Shown: positions 21,396 to 31,864, numbered from the stretch's first letter. The stretch: DNA of 64,000 bases from Candidatus Micrarchaeota archaeon (GCA_030648615.1 JAUSHJ010000045.1:25071-89070); one strand, 5' to 3'. A program made the numbers and translations. Notes: a model not told the origin generated them from the sequence alone.

Positions 21396-21872
21396 CTAAT
21401 GCCCCTTAGATTTCGCCATATAAGATATTACAGAAGCCAGGAAATAGTAATATAAAACAAATATTATGAAAACTACGATTCGATTAAGATAACTGTAAGT
21501 GTTTATCCCAAAATAACTAATTATTGAAATAATTATGTGCCCAGTTACAAGAAGTGGAGCAGATATTGCTAACCATATCCAGTAGAAGACTAACGATAAT
21601 GTAGAGTCTACGTAAAATCTGAAAGTCTCATAGAATGGAGCGAGTTTCAAATCATCAGATCTTGCACCATAAAAAGTTGAAGAATAACTGCCCAAGAAGT
21701 GCAGTACAATAAGAAATATGAATAAAATAATATTGATAACTCCTGGCTTGAATAATGCGAAATGATCTTCTTCTGCCATAGCTATAATTAATAGTGCAAG
21801 GATTAAAAAGCGAACCTCAGTAAAAAACTTATGAGCACCCTCATTGTCGATCACGGTTCCCAATATACTCAC
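21396..21872 (-). CDS. hypothetical integral membrane protein (158 aa)
   Basis: 4-5 predicted transmembrane helices; overlaps the guaA-A start by 42 nt, so one of the two starts is probably shorter. Confidence 0.4.
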   Translation of the reverse strand: MSILGTVIDNEGAHKFFTEVRFLILALLIIAMAEEDHFALFKPGVINIILFIFLIVLHFLGSYSSTFYGARSDDLKLAPFYETFRFYVDSTLSLVFYWIWLAISAPLLVTGHIIISIISYFGINTYSYLNRIVVFIIFVLYYYFLASVISYMAKSKGH

Positions 21873-22406
21873 TTGATTAAGAGAAATTGTCGTGACTTAG
21901 GTTACGATGCTGAAATTGTCAATAGCAAAACCGGCAAACTAAGCGAGATTAATATAACTGAAATTAAAAAAATTATTCTAAGCGGTGGTCCTAGTTCAGT
22001 TTATGCAAATAGCAATGGGCTGGGGGAAGAAATAGCAAAGAAAGTAGCAACAAGTGAAATAAAAGTTCCAATATTAGGAATATGTTTCGGACATCAACTG
22101 CTAGCACACGTCTTCGGTGGAAAGGTTGAAAAAGGAAAAAGTGCGGAATATGGATTAAGCAGAATTACTATTGATGATGAAGATTTACTACTTAGCGGAA
22201 TACCTAAAGAGTTTAATGCCTGGACGAGCCACTTTGATGAAGTCAATGAATTACCAAAAAAATTTATAGCACTTGCACACAGTGACTCTTGTAAATACGA
22301 GGCAATGCGGCACGAAACCAGAAATATTTTTGGTTTGCAATTTCATCCAGAAGTCTGGCACACTGAACATGGTGAACAGATTTTGAAGAATTTTTTGGAG
22401 TTATAA
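21831..22406 (+). CDS. guaAA: GMP synthase glutamine amidotransferase subunit A (class I GATase)
   Basis: 191 aa; catalytic LGICFGHQLL Cys, C-terminal FGLQFHPE His-Glu; stand-alone GATase as in archaeal two-subunit GMP synthase. Confidence 0.85.
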   Translation: MSTLIVDHGSQYTHLIKRNCRDLGYDAEIVNSKTGKLSEINITEIKKIILSGGPSSVYANSNGLGEEIAKKVATSEIKVPILGICFGHQLLAHVFGGKVEKGKSAEYGLSRITIDDEDLLLSGIPKEFNAWTSHFDEVNELPKKFIALAHSDSCKYEAMRHETRNIFGLQFHPEVWHTEHGEQILKNFLEL

Positions 22407-22459
22407 GGCGCCACATAAAAAACTCATGTCGCCTAGCTAGTCATTTGTTTTTCTTACAG

Positions 22460-22538
22460 ACGCGATTCCAGTCGCTCTCGATTGTTCTGTGGAACAATGG
22501 GCATATTGTCGCCGTAGCGACAATCATGTCGCGACAGC
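22460..22538. repeat. hairpin-cluster element, copy 2
   Basis: ttgttctgtggaacaa, then tgggcatattgtcgccgtagcgacaa, then tgtcgcgaca. Confidence 0.75.
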
Positions 22539-22584
22539 CGTTTAATGAATAGAAATTAATAACTAGCACTGTATTAACTTAGTT

Positions 22585-23208
22585 ATGGAAGTCCTCGTAC
22601 AAAAAGTAAATTCAGTGAAAAGAACTGCAATATCAAAATTAGTAGATCAACGATCGGAAGAATTTGAAGCTGTTTTTGCAGATGATTCCAAAGTATTCTC
22701 AGAATTATGCTTTTGTTTGACTACTGCAAACTCCAGTGCAGAAATGGGAATAAAAGTTCAAAATGCACTTCAAGGAAGATTAGATAAGCTCACTAGAAAA
22801 GAACTTAGTGTTGAACTAAGAAAATTAGGCTATAGATTCTACAATAAGAGAGCAGAGTACATTGACGAAGCAAAGCAGTGGCGTAATATAAAAAATAAAA
22901 TAAAAGAGTTCCAAGGTGAAATTGAATTAAGAGAGTGGCTGGTTGAGAATATTCTTGGTTTCGGATATAAGGAAGCATCTCATTTTCTTAGAAATATAGG
23001 ATTCAAGGAACTTGCAATTTTAGACAGACATGTTTTACGCACAATGCATGAGCATGGAATGATAAAAGAATTACCAAAAACACTTAACAGAAAAAGATAT
23101 TTGGAGTATGAGGGTAAGTTAGAGGAAATTTGTAAAAGAACAAACCTTAATCAGTCACAACTTGACCTTTATCTTTGGTACATGAAGACGGGTAAAGTTT
23201 TGAAATAA
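22585..23208 (+). CDS. ogg: N-glycosylase/DNA lyase, archaeal Ogg2-type 8-oxoguanine DNA glycosylase
   Basis: 207 aa; ELCFCLTTANSSAE, HhH-GPD GFGYKEASHFLRNIG with catalytic Lys, ILDRHVLR Asp, C-terminal LYLWYMKTGKVLK as in M. jannaschii Ogg. Confidence 0.85.
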   Translation: MEVLVQKVNSVKRTAISKLVDQRSEEFEAVFADDSKVFSELCFCLTTANSSAEMGIKVQNALQGRLDKLTRKELSVELRKLGYRFYNKRAEYIDEAKQWRNIKNKIKEFQGEIELREWLVENILGFGYKEASHFLRNIGFKELAILDRHVLRTMHEHGMIKELPKTLNRKRYLEYEGKLEEICKRTNLNQSQLDLYLWYMKTGKVLK

Positions 23209-23327
23209 TTTATGAAGAAAAACATGTTTTGGGGCGATCTTCAAATACGCAGTATTTGAACGAGCTAGAGAGCGACATTTGCTCTCTGGACAACCGCCCT
23301 TTTGATTAGTTGAGCTAGAGCAATAAA

Positions 23328-23369
23328 ATTGCGGTGTGGTATATGAAAACTGGCAAGATTTTGAAGTGA
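23328..23369 (+). pseudogene. 3'-terminal remnant of a second ogg2-type gene
   Basis: att gcg gtg tgg tat atg aaa act ggc aag att ttg aag tga = IAVWYMKTGKILK*, 11/13 identical to the Ogg2 C-terminus 120 nt upstream; preceded by a stop after 3 codons. Confidence 0.5.
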
Positions 23370-23370
23370 G

Positions 23371-24369
23371 CTATTCCGCCATCCTAAATCCCTCAGTTTC
23401 TGCCAGCTTGGCATGTGCGTATAATTCATTATATATAGCTTGTAAGGTTGGATTGGACTGAGTAAGTTTTGTCGTTGCATCTCTTAATGTTTCATAAGCT
23501 AACGCTAATTCTGGAGATAATGAAATACCTGCAATGTTTCTGAAGACTGAGTTCTCAACTAGATATCTAGCTACAATTTCACTTACAAATATTGGCGCGT
23601 ATCTATTAAGATATTCTGGTTTTGCCTTAATATTAGCTGCGTCTCTTTGAATATCCTCAGAGAGCACAAATGATTGTTCATCTTGTAAGATCCTCAGTTT
23701 CACTCTTACTTCGGAAATTACTATTCTTAACTCTATTTTAGATTGTTCGTCTTTGGGAATTGCAACTAATACTGGCAACAGATGATTATCTGATAAGAGC
23801 CCTCTAGATTTCATAACATATGTAGAGGCGTCTTCAGTAAATGCATCAAAACCCAAATGATAATCATCTACTACGTGTTTATATTCATGATCGAAATAAA
23901 ATTTCCAGCGCGCAGCCCAAAAATCTACAGCACTTTCTGTAGTATTCCAAGAATGAAGAAGAGCAAGGCAAAAACTTATGGCTCGTTCACCACTATCATT
24001 GATTTCATGACCAACATAGGCCATAGTGTCTATCTCTCCGAGTGAACATTTTTGTTCTGCAATTTTGATAGCTACGGTGTGTACCAAATTCTTTTTCGCA
24101 AGTGATTCTCCTATATTAGTCACTCTGGCCATAATTGCATTTCTTAAATCCGCTGGATACAACTCAAAAAAATTTCCCTTTTTCATATTAGTGAACAGTG
24201 GAGATGGTGTTGATTGTGAAAAGGGCGCATCTTTTTCCTTTTTGGAATTTGCTGGGTCTTCTACTAATGGCGGATTACCAATTAATATAAATGGCACGAC
24301 CAAATTTAAAATTGCTAAACTAATATTATGCCTAAATTTAAACGGTCTTATTTTTGGTTTTCTATTCAT
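23371..24369 (-). CDS. hypothetical protein with HExxH motif (possible metallopeptidase)
   Basis: 332 aa; FDHEYKHVVDDYH contains HEYKH; no further family assignment. Confidence 0.45.
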   Translation of the reverse strand: MNRKPKIRPFKFRHNISLAILNLVVPFILIGNPPLVEDPANSKKEKDAPFSQSTPSPLFTNMKKGNFFELYPADLRNAIMARVTNIGESLAKKNLVHTVAIKIAEQKCSLGEIDTMAYVGHEINDSGERAISFCLALLHSWNTTESAVDFWAARWKFYFDHEYKHVVDDYHLGFDAFTEDASTYVMKSRGLLSDNHLLPVLVAIPKDEQSKIELRIVISEVRVKLRILQDEQSFVLSEDIQRDAANIKAKPEYLNRYAPIFVSEIVARYLVENSVFRNIAGISLSPELALAYETLRDATTKLTQSNPTLQAIYNELYAHAKLAETEGFRMAE

Positions 24370-24393
24370 GTGATAATAAGTGTATGAATATAT

Positions 24394-25146
24394 TTAAAAC
24401 TCTTTACCCTCATTCTTTTTCATGTTTGTGCAGAAATAGTTTCCATCTTTTTTATAGAATAATAGACTTGCCTTAGAACAAACTATTTCTCCGTCAATGG
24501 CATTGCTAACTTCAAATGATTTTGGAGTAAGATATGGTATTCTTCTTGCATCTTTTGAATGAACTAAATCTGAAAACACTTCACTTGCTGAAACTAAATC
24601 AATTGCCGCTCTTAATTTTGCATCATCAAACTTCCCAGCAAGAGCGATCTTCATTTTCCTGTCAACACGAACTGCATTCTTGAAACCGAAAGTATGCTGA
24701 AGATTATTTTCAGTGGAGTAGGCATCTTCTGCATTGTCAAAACGCATTAATTCCACAAAATAGTCTGCACCCTGCTCCATAGTTCTTGTTTCTACACGTT
24801 CTGTCCTTGTCACTCCACACTTAATTATAGAATCGCCAAATGCTGCAAGGTAAATACTAAAATTCTGCTTGGACATTTCCTCTTTGATGTGTTCATAGCC
24901 AGTAAAATTAAGTCGAGTATAAACCTTTGAAATGTCCTTGTGCATACAGTAAAAACATTGCTTTGCACCTGCACGATTATATTTGCATTTGTGCCAACCA
25001 TGCTCCGTCTGATAGCCAACACATTTTTTATCAATTGAAAATTCAGCAGTTAAATTTCTTGATAATTCAACATCTTTTAGCTCATCATCTTCCCAGAAAG
25101 TCATTTTTGGAGATGGGGAGGAGTAGAAGTATATAAGATGATTCAT
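24394..25146 (-). CDS. hypothetical protein (250 aa, Cys-cluster near N-terminus)
   Basis: CVGYQTEHGWHKCKYNRAGAKQCFYC looks like a zinc-binding motif; function unknown. Confidence 0.45.
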   Translation of the reverse strand: MNHLIYFYSSPSPKMTFWEDDELKDVELSRNLTAEFSIDKKCVGYQTEHGWHKCKYNRAGAKQCFYCMHKDISKVYTRLNFTGYEHIKEEMSKQNFSIYLAAFGDSIIKCGVTRTERVETRTMEQGADYFVELMRFDNAEDAYSTENNLQHTFGFKNAVRVDRKMKIALAGKFDDAKLRAAIDLVSASEVFSDLVHSKDARRIPYLTPKSFEVSNAIDGEIVCSKASLLFYKKDGNYFCTNMKKNEGKEF

Positions 25147-25253
25147 GCTTCAATAAAACACTTCACAATTAAATGCGTTTCTAAAATTACTAATTTAATC
25201 GCATCACCGAATTGACAGATGATTTTTAACACCTTGCAGTTATTATCATTTTT

Positions 25254-25877
25254 GTGCACACACATACACCGAGACAACGTGTAGTCTATTACAAAGATAA
25301 TACTGGTAGAGTTCATGGAATGGACAAGGAAACATTTTTTAGACACCCTGCACTTTCAGAACGATTAACCTTAGTCTCAATAGAAAATCTCCCTATTAGG
25401 CAACCAGGCTATGATGTAGATGGGAATTGGAGAAGTATAACCGAAACTAAAATAGTCGAACATGTAATTAATGGTGGAACTAGAAAAGGTCACCTGAATT
25501 TCGTTTCATTGACAATGTGTGGAATCCCTGCTTTCGATCTTGAAATAATATCAAAGAAAAAATTTAGAGCCACCAAAATAGTAAAAGCCATATGTGAATT
25601 GTTAAATAGAAAAGATGCAGACATACAAAAAGAAATTGAAAAACATAAAGAAGATTGTGTAATAGGCTCTGATTGTCTTCCATGTAAATCCACTACAGCT
25701 GATTACAAAAATTATCTAATTAAAACTTTAAAGTATATTGAAGAATTAGGAATAGGAAAAATTGACTGGAAAGAGGTAGAAAAAATTATTCCGAATGCAA
25801 GAGCAATGAGGTTTAACTTGGATTTAGATACAAAAGATGGGACATTTTTCATTTATGGTGCAATAGTAGATCAGTAA
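25254..25877 (+). CDS. hypothetical protein (207 aa)
   Basis: ORF only; no recognisable motif. Confidence 0.4.
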   Translation: MHTHTPRQRVVYYKDNTGRVHGMDKETFFRHPALSERLTLVSIENLPIRQPGYDVDGNWRSITETKIVEHVINGGTRKGHLNFVSLTMCGIPAFDLEIISKKKFRATKIVKAICELLNRKDADIQKEIEKHKEDCVIGSDCLPCKSTTADYKNYLIKTLKYIEELGIGKIDWKEVEKIIPNARAMRFNLDLDTKDGTFFIYGAIVDQ

Positions 25878-26686
25878 CTAGATAGACTAATTTTATCTCC
25901 AATTTTTATTTTATGTTTATCGGCAAAATTACCCATATTAACTGCAATTTCAACTCTTCCAAAATCATCATCTAAAATAACTTCTTTTCCTTTTTCTACT
26001 TCACCAAAAGTAAGTGAGTATCTTAATTCAATGATTTCGGTTTTAGTTTTGATTTTTATAATGTCACCAAGTTTAGCAAGTTTATGCATTTCTTCTGCAA
26101 GAACATTTACGAATAAACCCCCGAATTTATTTATGTGAATAATTTCACAGTCTATTTTTCTATTTTCAATTTTCGCATTTTCATACGAAGATTTGGTCAA
26201 TTCACTTGATTTTAGTTCCTTGCCGAATTCATCAATCTTAACTCCGTTCGCAAGATAAGCAGCTGCTGGAATAAAAATATCTCTACCATGAAATACTGGA
26301 GAAACTGGCAATTGCATGTATTTTTCATTAGTTATTTCTACAACTTTTTCTATCCCACCTAAGAACCAGGTTGCTGAAATTAGTACTCCGTTGTCAGGAC
26401 CAATAAGATAATCACCACGCTTTGTTTTGATGATAATTGCTTTTCTTTTTGTACCAACACCTGGGTCAACAACACAAACATGATGACCAATAGGCAAATA
26501 GGCAACTGATTCTAAAATTCTAGCACCTGACCGAATATCAAAACTATCAATATTAGAAGCTAATTCGATTACGTGTGCATCTTCACATATTTTTAATGCA
26601 GTTGCCATTAGCACACCGCTGCCTTTCGTGGAAGGTCCAAAATCAGTAATAAAACTTATGAAAGGACGTTTCATAATAAACCCCAC
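25871..26686 (-). CDS. S-adenosyl-L-methionine hydroxide adenosyltransferase (DUF62 / SalL-fluorinase-like family)
   Basis: 271 aa; ITDFG, VVDPGVGTKRKAIIIKTKRGDYLIGPDNG motifs characteristic of this family. Confidence 0.75.
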   Translation of the reverse strand: MGFIMKRPFISFITDFGPSTKGSGVLMATALKICEDAHVIELASNIDSFDIRSGARILESVAYLPIGHHVCVVDPGVGTKRKAIIIKTKRGDYLIGPDNGVLISATWFLGGIEKVVEITNEKYMQLPVSPVFHGRDIFIPAAAYLANGVKIDEFGKELKSSELTKSSYENAKIENRKIDCEIIHINKFGGLFVNVLAEEMHKLAKLGDIIKIKTKTEIIELRYSLTFGEVEKGKEVILDDDFGRVEIAVNMGNFADKHKIKIGDKISLSSY

Positions 26687-26687
26687 A

Positions 26688-27803
26688 TTACCTAGTAATG
26701 TCCCCTTCCTTTATCTGTTCCAGATATTCTTTATGTTTAGCAAAATAGTCACGAGAAGGCTTAAGCATATTTACCAATTCACGAGCAACTGCATTCTTAA
26801 GATCCATAGGATGTAATTTTCCTTCTGCGTAGACACTCTTAAGCTCTTCTGCTGTTTCGAACACTATGTCGCCACCAAACTTAGCAGGTCTTTCAATTTT
26901 CAATGGTCGATCACGTAACACTAAATATTCTGCATACTCAACCATTGGATTTCCATCAGAAACTTTCTCAGGACAGTATGCCTTCTTTATTTTTCTCTGA
27001 ATTTCTTCTTCTGAATCATGAACGAATATTGCTGAATCTGGCTTTGATTTACTCATCTTAGCATCTATTAGCTCATCTACTTTTGCATCAACAGTAGTAC
27101 CAGTTTCTACACCAGGAGCATTCATCCTTCCCGGACCCTGTAACCCTGGAAGCAGATGCCCATGTACAGCACAAATCTTCTTCTTGAACTTTGGAGCTAA
27201 CTCATAAGCAAGCATGTGAACTTTTCTCTGATCCATACCTGCATGAGCTATTTGTACATCTAAAAGAAAGATATCTGCTGCCTGCATCGCAGGATAAACA
27301 ACTGCTGAACTTTGTAACGTCTCTGATTCTTTTCTCCCCATAATTGTAACACAGCGAAGCATACGATTCATAGTAGTGTCTTTTGAAATTTTTAGCATGT
27401 CTGCCCAAAACTCAGGATGTTTTTTGTAGGTAGTACTGGCAAGAAGAAAATCTACTTTCTCTTCATCTATACCTGCACTAATTAACGCATGTTTAAAGTA
27501 ACCTTCTCCGATTTTTTGAATTTTATCTAAATCTCCACCGAACTTACCGTTAATCCATGCATGATAATCTGCAAGCCATATAGTAGGCTTAATACCTGCA
27601 GCCAAGAAATCTTTTATCTTTAGGCCAACTGCCAAACCGGAACCGATATGTACCATACCGGATATTTCATAGCCGATGTAGTGTTTAGGGTGAGCGTAAT
27701 TCTCGAATATTTCTCTTAGGTCTTTTTCAGTAACTACTTCTTCAGTAGGTTTTTTCTTAACTAGGTCTATTTTTGTTTCAATGTCCATAGTGATCACGTA
27801 CAT
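26688..27803 (-). CDS. tyrS: tyrosyl-tRNA synthetase (archaeal type)
   Basis: 371 aa; class I HIGH-equivalent (YIGYEISGMVHIGSGL) and KMSKS (AKMSKSKPD) motifs; length fits archaeal TyrRS. Confidence 0.8.
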   Translation of the reverse strand: MYVITMDIETKIDLVKKKPTEEVVTEKDLREIFENYAHPKHYIGYEISGMVHIGSGLAVGLKIKDFLAAGIKPTIWLADYHAWINGKFGGDLDKIQKIGEGYFKHALISAGIDEEKVDFLLASTTYKKHPEFWADMLKISKDTTMNRMLRCVTIMGRKESETLQSSAVVYPAMQAADIFLLDVQIAHAGMDQRKVHMLAYELAPKFKKKICAVHGHLLPGLQGPGRMNAPGVETGTTVDAKVDELIDAKMSKSKPDSAIFVHDSEEEIQRKIKKAYCPEKVSDGNPMVEYAEYLVLRDRPLKIERPAKFGGDIVFETAEELKSVYAEGKLHPMDLKNAVARELVNMLKPSRDYFAKHKEYLEQIKEGDITR

Positions 27804-27884
27804 GTGCCATAAATAATGAATTTATTAAGGTCGATACCTAATAAAAAGTATAGGATATATTAAAACCCCCGTTTTAAGTTAATA

Positions 27885-28910
27885 ATGCGATCAAAAATAG
27901 CAACAATGATGATTATAATTATGGTGTTTGGTTGTACTTCCTATCAAGATAGTATTGACCAAAATAAGACTTCTGACTTAGTGTTACCTGCAAATGATAT
28001 AACTGACAACGCCAGCGAAAATTATACATTTGAAAGTCCATTTGCGTATATCGAATACAAAAATAAAACTGAATTAAAAGAAATTTATTACAATTTTGAA
28101 AAGAATGGATTTGGTGGATGCAATGCAAAACTATATTTGGACAAAACAGGAAGATTAGAAAAATTACAATTTGTAGATATGCTAGAACCTGGAAAAAATA
28201 AAGAGAATATTTTTGTAAGAACCAGTAATTGTAGCGGCCACAACATTATATTAAGCGGAAATAGAGAAATGATAGCTAGATGGCTAGCAAATGCTCTTGC
28301 TGAAAATTCAGACATAACCGAAGTATATAATAAAAACATAGAGATGACAATAACTGAACTAAACTATTCTGGCAGAATCATGGATATACGAATAGATACA
28401 CCTCGCCAAAATAATATTTCCGGGTATCCCGTAAAGAGCGTATATGATATAGACGGAATAGGTATAATTTCTTCTGCCAGAATTGCTTTGAGTGAATATA
28501 ATGGCACAAAATATTATTGGATCACAATTAGTAGAAGTTATTATCCTGAACCAAAGATAAAGATAAAACCAAAGATAGAACTTAAGGAAGCAAAGGAAAA
28601 ACTAGTGGAAAATTATAATAAAAAAGCAGAGGAATGCAAAAAAGAATATTCTAGTGCAAGTTCAGAATCAGCACCAAAACCTAACTGCAGTTTTATAAAT
28701 AGAACAATTTTGCTTACGGAAGATGAAGAAAAAAATAGCAGGATGTATCAAAGCTCGTTAGTGGTTATTGCTAGAGAAAACGACCTATTAGAAAGACTAG
28801 AATATAAGTTAGCTTGGAATATGATAATGAAGAGGAATTGCGATAATGATGCGTATGTAGATGCGATGACAGGAGAACTAATAACTATAATTGATCATTG
28901 TGACTATTAA
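27885..28910 (+). CDS. secreted lipoprotein, N-glycosylation-sequon rich, function unknown
   Basis: Signal peptide MRSKIATMMIIIMVFGC with lipobox-like Cys; many NxS/T sequons. Confidence 0.5.
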   Translation: MRSKIATMMIIIMVFGCTSYQDSIDQNKTSDLVLPANDITDNASENYTFESPFAYIEYKNKTELKEIYYNFEKNGFGGCNAKLYLDKTGRLEKLQFVDMLEPGKNKENIFVRTSNCSGHNIILSGNREMIARWLANALAENSDITEVYNKNIEMTITELNYSGRIMDIRIDTPRQNNISGYPVKSVYDIDGIGIISSARIALSEYNGTKYYWITISRSYYPEPKIKIKPKIELKEAKEKLVENYNKKAEECKKEYSSASSESAPKPNCSFINRTILLTEDEEKNSRMYQSSLVVIARENDLLERLEYKLAWNMIMKRNCDNDAYVDAMTGELITIIDHCDY

Positions 28911-29485
28911 TCGAGTTTCTTCAAATTAGCATACCATTCGGTGCTTTTCATTGTTTTAATTTTGTCCATAAGTTTCTTTGCAGTTGGAGTTTTTAGTCTT
29001 TTCTCAATGCTCACGAGCCACTCTTCCGCTGCAGTGTAGCCAATTTCCAGATACTCCTTAGCTTGCAGTGCCATTTCTAGCAAATCTGCATCCTTGAGAA
29101 TTGTTTTTTCTCGCTCACTAAGATTATAAAGATGATTAACAGACTGTTTTAGTTCATTTGGTAGCATTGCAATCTGCTCTTGTTCAACTTTTGAACCTAA
29201 TACCTCTTGTTTATCGATATATTTTGCAGCTACTTTATTTACATCTAGTATTCTGCATTCGTGTATATCGTGGAATACTGCTGCACTACATATTTTATTT
29301 GCTATACTATCATCTTGACATTCTAGTTTTGCAAGAACAAATGCAACTACTGCTGTACGAAATGAATGTTCAGCAACGCTTTCAGGATCTTTTATACCTG
29401 CAAGCCACCATCCGCTGCGTTTCACTCGTTTAAGAGTACCTGCTTCAAATAGATATTTTGTAATATTTGAGAAATCGTCTTGCAT
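28907..29485 (-). CDS. HD-domain metal-dependent phosphohydrolase
   Basis: 192 aa; AEHSFRTA (His) and VFHDIHE (His-Asp) HD motifs. Confidence 0.75.
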   Translation of the reverse strand: MQDDFSNITKYLFEAGTLKRVKRSGWWLAGIKDPESVAEHSFRTAVVAFVLAKLECQDDSIANKICSAAVFHDIHECRILDVNKVAAKYIDKQEVLGSKVEQEQIAMLPNELKQSVNHLYNLSEREKTILKDADLLEMALQAKEYLEIGYTAAEEWLVSIEKRLKTPTAKKLMDKIKTMKSTEWYANLKKLD

Positions 29486-29493
29486 TAGTTCAC

Positions 29494-30039
29494 CTATTCT
29501 TGATATGTCTCAAAAATTAAATCGTTAAACTCATATTCCAACGAATTCTCTTTTAATATTTTATCCATGTCCTCACCGCTTAAAGTTGAACATGTTTCTG
29601 GTATTATAATGTGCTTCACATTTTTATGCTCGAACGAAACAAAAACCCGTTTATTTTTTGCGAGAAGTACTTTTACATTTGGCGTATCAATGGCACGAAG
29701 CAATGCTGTGAGCAAAATCGCCTTATCCATTGGATGTGCTGCCTTTATCTCAACTATTTCTTCAAAACTCATCCAGAAAGGAATCGATAGTTCAAAATTA
29801 TGTATTGACTCGATATAATCTAAAATAAGTGGCAATGCTTGAGAAAAATTAGTTTTATAATCGTAAACAGGCAAACGTGCGATTAATTGATCCTTTAAGT
29901 TTTTAATAAAATCAGTGTAAGGAGAACAACGTTGCCGTAGCTCAGTAATATTCTGCTCTTCCTGTTTTGCGATTAAATCCTTGTACCTACTAACAATCAA
30001 CATGTACAGCTTAAGCTTTGTCTCGGTGTCTATTGACAT
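29494..30039 (-). CDS. hypothetical protein (181 aa)
   Basis: ORF only. Confidence 0.4.
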   Translation of the reverse strand: MSIDTETKLKLYMLIVSRYKDLIAKQEEQNITELRQRCSPYTDFIKNLKDQLIARLPVYDYKTNFSQALPLILDYIESIHNFELSIPFWMSFEEIVEIKAAHPMDKAILLTALLRAIDTPNVKVLLAKNKRVFVSFEHKNVKHIIIPETCSTLSGEDMDKILKENSLEYEFNDLIFETYQE

Positions 30040-30063
30040 CTAAGTTATAATAAATAGAAAGGT

Positions 30064-30516
30064 TTAAGGCGATTTTGATTCGTAACCGATGATCTTTTTT
30101 CCTGTTTTTTGTTCTAATTCTGCAAGCATAAGTTTGTAATTATCGAACGAATCGATACGAATCAAAATATGCGACGTATTCATCGTATGTAATGTAAGAT
30201 TCCAGCTAGGATACACACCAAGATAATCATAGAAGCATTCAAATTTCGTGATATCCTTTAAGTTAATTTTTATCTTCTTTTTAGATGTAAACAACCAAAT
30301 CAAATCTGAAGTTATTATTACTCGCACAATTTTGGACAAGAGAGTTAAATAAAATATTGAAGAAACAACGATAAACAAAACGATGAGTGTAACTCCAAGA
30401 TAAATATTTTCACTGACAACCGCGGACAGTATATAAATAAGGATAATGAAGATACCAACATGACAACCTAAAGATAATTGTTCTTCGAAGTCAAAAAGCC
30501 TGCGTTTGTATTCCAT
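30064..30516 (-). CDS. hypothetical membrane protein (150 aa)
   Basis: Two N-terminal transmembrane helices, cytoplasmic C-terminal domain. Confidence 0.4.
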   Translation of the reverse strand: MEYKRRLFDFEEQLSLGCHVGIFIILIYILSAVVSENIYLGVTLIVLFIVVSSIFYLTLLSKIVRVIITSDLIWLFTSKKKIKINLKDITKFECFYDYLGVYPSWNLTLHTMNTSHILIRIDSFDNYKLMLAELEQKTGKKIIGYESKSP

Positions 30517-30678
30517 TCAGCTCACTTCAGTAAACTTCAATTTTGATTACTATTCTGGAAGCGATCTCCAGTTTTTCCTCATTTTATTAACTAGGTTAAT
30601 CATTTCTTCTGTGTCGTTATCGCTCATGAAACTCCAGGCTCCGGCAAACTCCATAAAACTTTTTTTGTTAATTGCCAT

Positions 30679-31602
30679 TCATCTCACATACTCGAGCCAT
30701 TTTTCGTATCTTGGCTCTTTGCCAGTAACAATACCACGAAACTTTTTCTGTAAAGCAGCAGTAATAGGGCCTTTCTTTCCTTTTCCGATGGTTACATCAT
30801 CCACTCTGCTAATAAAATTTATTTCTGAAGCAGTGCCAGTCATAAATACTTCATCTGCAGTATATAACTCATCCCTTAGAACAGATTTCTCTTCTACAAC
30901 GTAACCAAGGTCTTTTGCCATTTCAATCACCGATTCTCGTGTAACTCCACCAAGGACACTATCATAAAATGGAGGTGTAATTAACTTACCTTTTCTTGCA
31001 AGAAAGATATTTTCCCCAGTTCCTTCGCTTACATGACCCTCGTCAGTAAGCATGATTGCTTCATCAAACCCTTCCCTTTCTGCTTCTGCTTTTGCTAGGA
31101 CGGAATTCATATAATTAGCACTTGCTTTAACATGTGGAGATAGTTGATTAACTGAAATCCTATGCCAACTTGAGATACAACAATGTAAACCACGTTCAGC
31201 TTTTTTAGGATCAAAATAATGATCAAAACGTACTGGAGCTATGGCAACCTTTACAGGAACATCTTTCATACTTAGACCCATAGTTTTGTAACCAAGATAA
31301 ATTATTGGTCTTATGTAACAATGATCAACTTTGTTTACCTTGATTACTTGAAAAACAGCTTTTCTAAATTGTTCTTGTGAATACGGAATTTCAAAATGAT
31401 ATGACTTTGCGCCTCGGTATAATCTTGCGATATGATCTTTAAGTCTGAATACGGCTGGACCTTTTTTCGTAGAGTAACACCTCAGACCTTCGAATATTGC
31501 TGTACCATAATGCAACGCGTGGGTAAGCACGTGCACCTGTGCTTTTTTCCATGGAACTAATTTTCCGTCCATCCAAATTTTTTTGAGTTCTATTCCTGCC
31601 AT
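30679..31602 (-). CDS. ilvE: branched-chain amino acid aminotransferase (class IV PLP fold)
   Basis: 307 aa; HALHYGTAIFEGLRCY, TDEGHVSEGTGENIF, VFMTGTASEI motifs. Confidence 0.9.
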   Translation of the reverse strand: MAGIELKKIWMDGKLVPWKKAQVHVLTHALHYGTAIFEGLRCYSTKKGPAVFRLKDHIARLYRGAKSYHFEIPYSQEQFRKAVFQVIKVNKVDHCYIRPIIYLGYKTMGLSMKDVPVKVAIAPVRFDHYFDPKKAERGLHCCISSWHRISVNQLSPHVKASANYMNSVLAKAEAEREGFDEAIMLTDEGHVSEGTGENIFLARKGKLITPPFYDSVLGGVTRESVIEMAKDLGYVVEEKSVLRDELYTADEVFMTGTASEINFISRVDDVTIGKGKKGPITAALQKKFRGIVTGKEPRYEKWLEYVR

Positions 31603-31711
31603 GATAAAGAGTAGAGGTTAAGGATTAAATAGATTTTGACAACTAAAATAAAGGGAAAATAAAAAAAATAGAAAATCAAGACTCGAAATATCTAAACACT
31701 AAAATCGAATC

Positions 31712-31864
31712 TCAAAATAGCGGGAATACTACACTAGTAAGGAATGCTACGAGTACAACGACTATCACAGTCATAAGAATGTAGTCATCGTTGTGAAACC
31801 AATGGTCCTTACCGGATGCAAATCCGCCTGATTTTTTCTGGGTTTTTGATTTTTTGGTCGCCAT
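31712..31864 (-). CDS. small tail-anchored protein (50 aa), possibly Sec61-beta/SecG-like
   Basis: Unlisted ORF MATKKSKTQKKSGGFASGKDHWFHNDDYILMTVIVVVLVAFLTSVVFPLF: basic N-terminus plus single C-terminal transmembrane helix; coordinates approximate. Confidence 0.3.
   Translation of the reverse strand: MATKKSKTQKKSGGFASGKDHWFHNDDYILMTVIVVVLVAFLTSVVFPLF

Noticed and set aside
25143-25346. 67-aa ORF on the minus strand between hypothetical genes
   Set aside because: It overlaps the start of the plus-strand 25254..25877 ORF and has no start context or motif; likely non-coding promoter region
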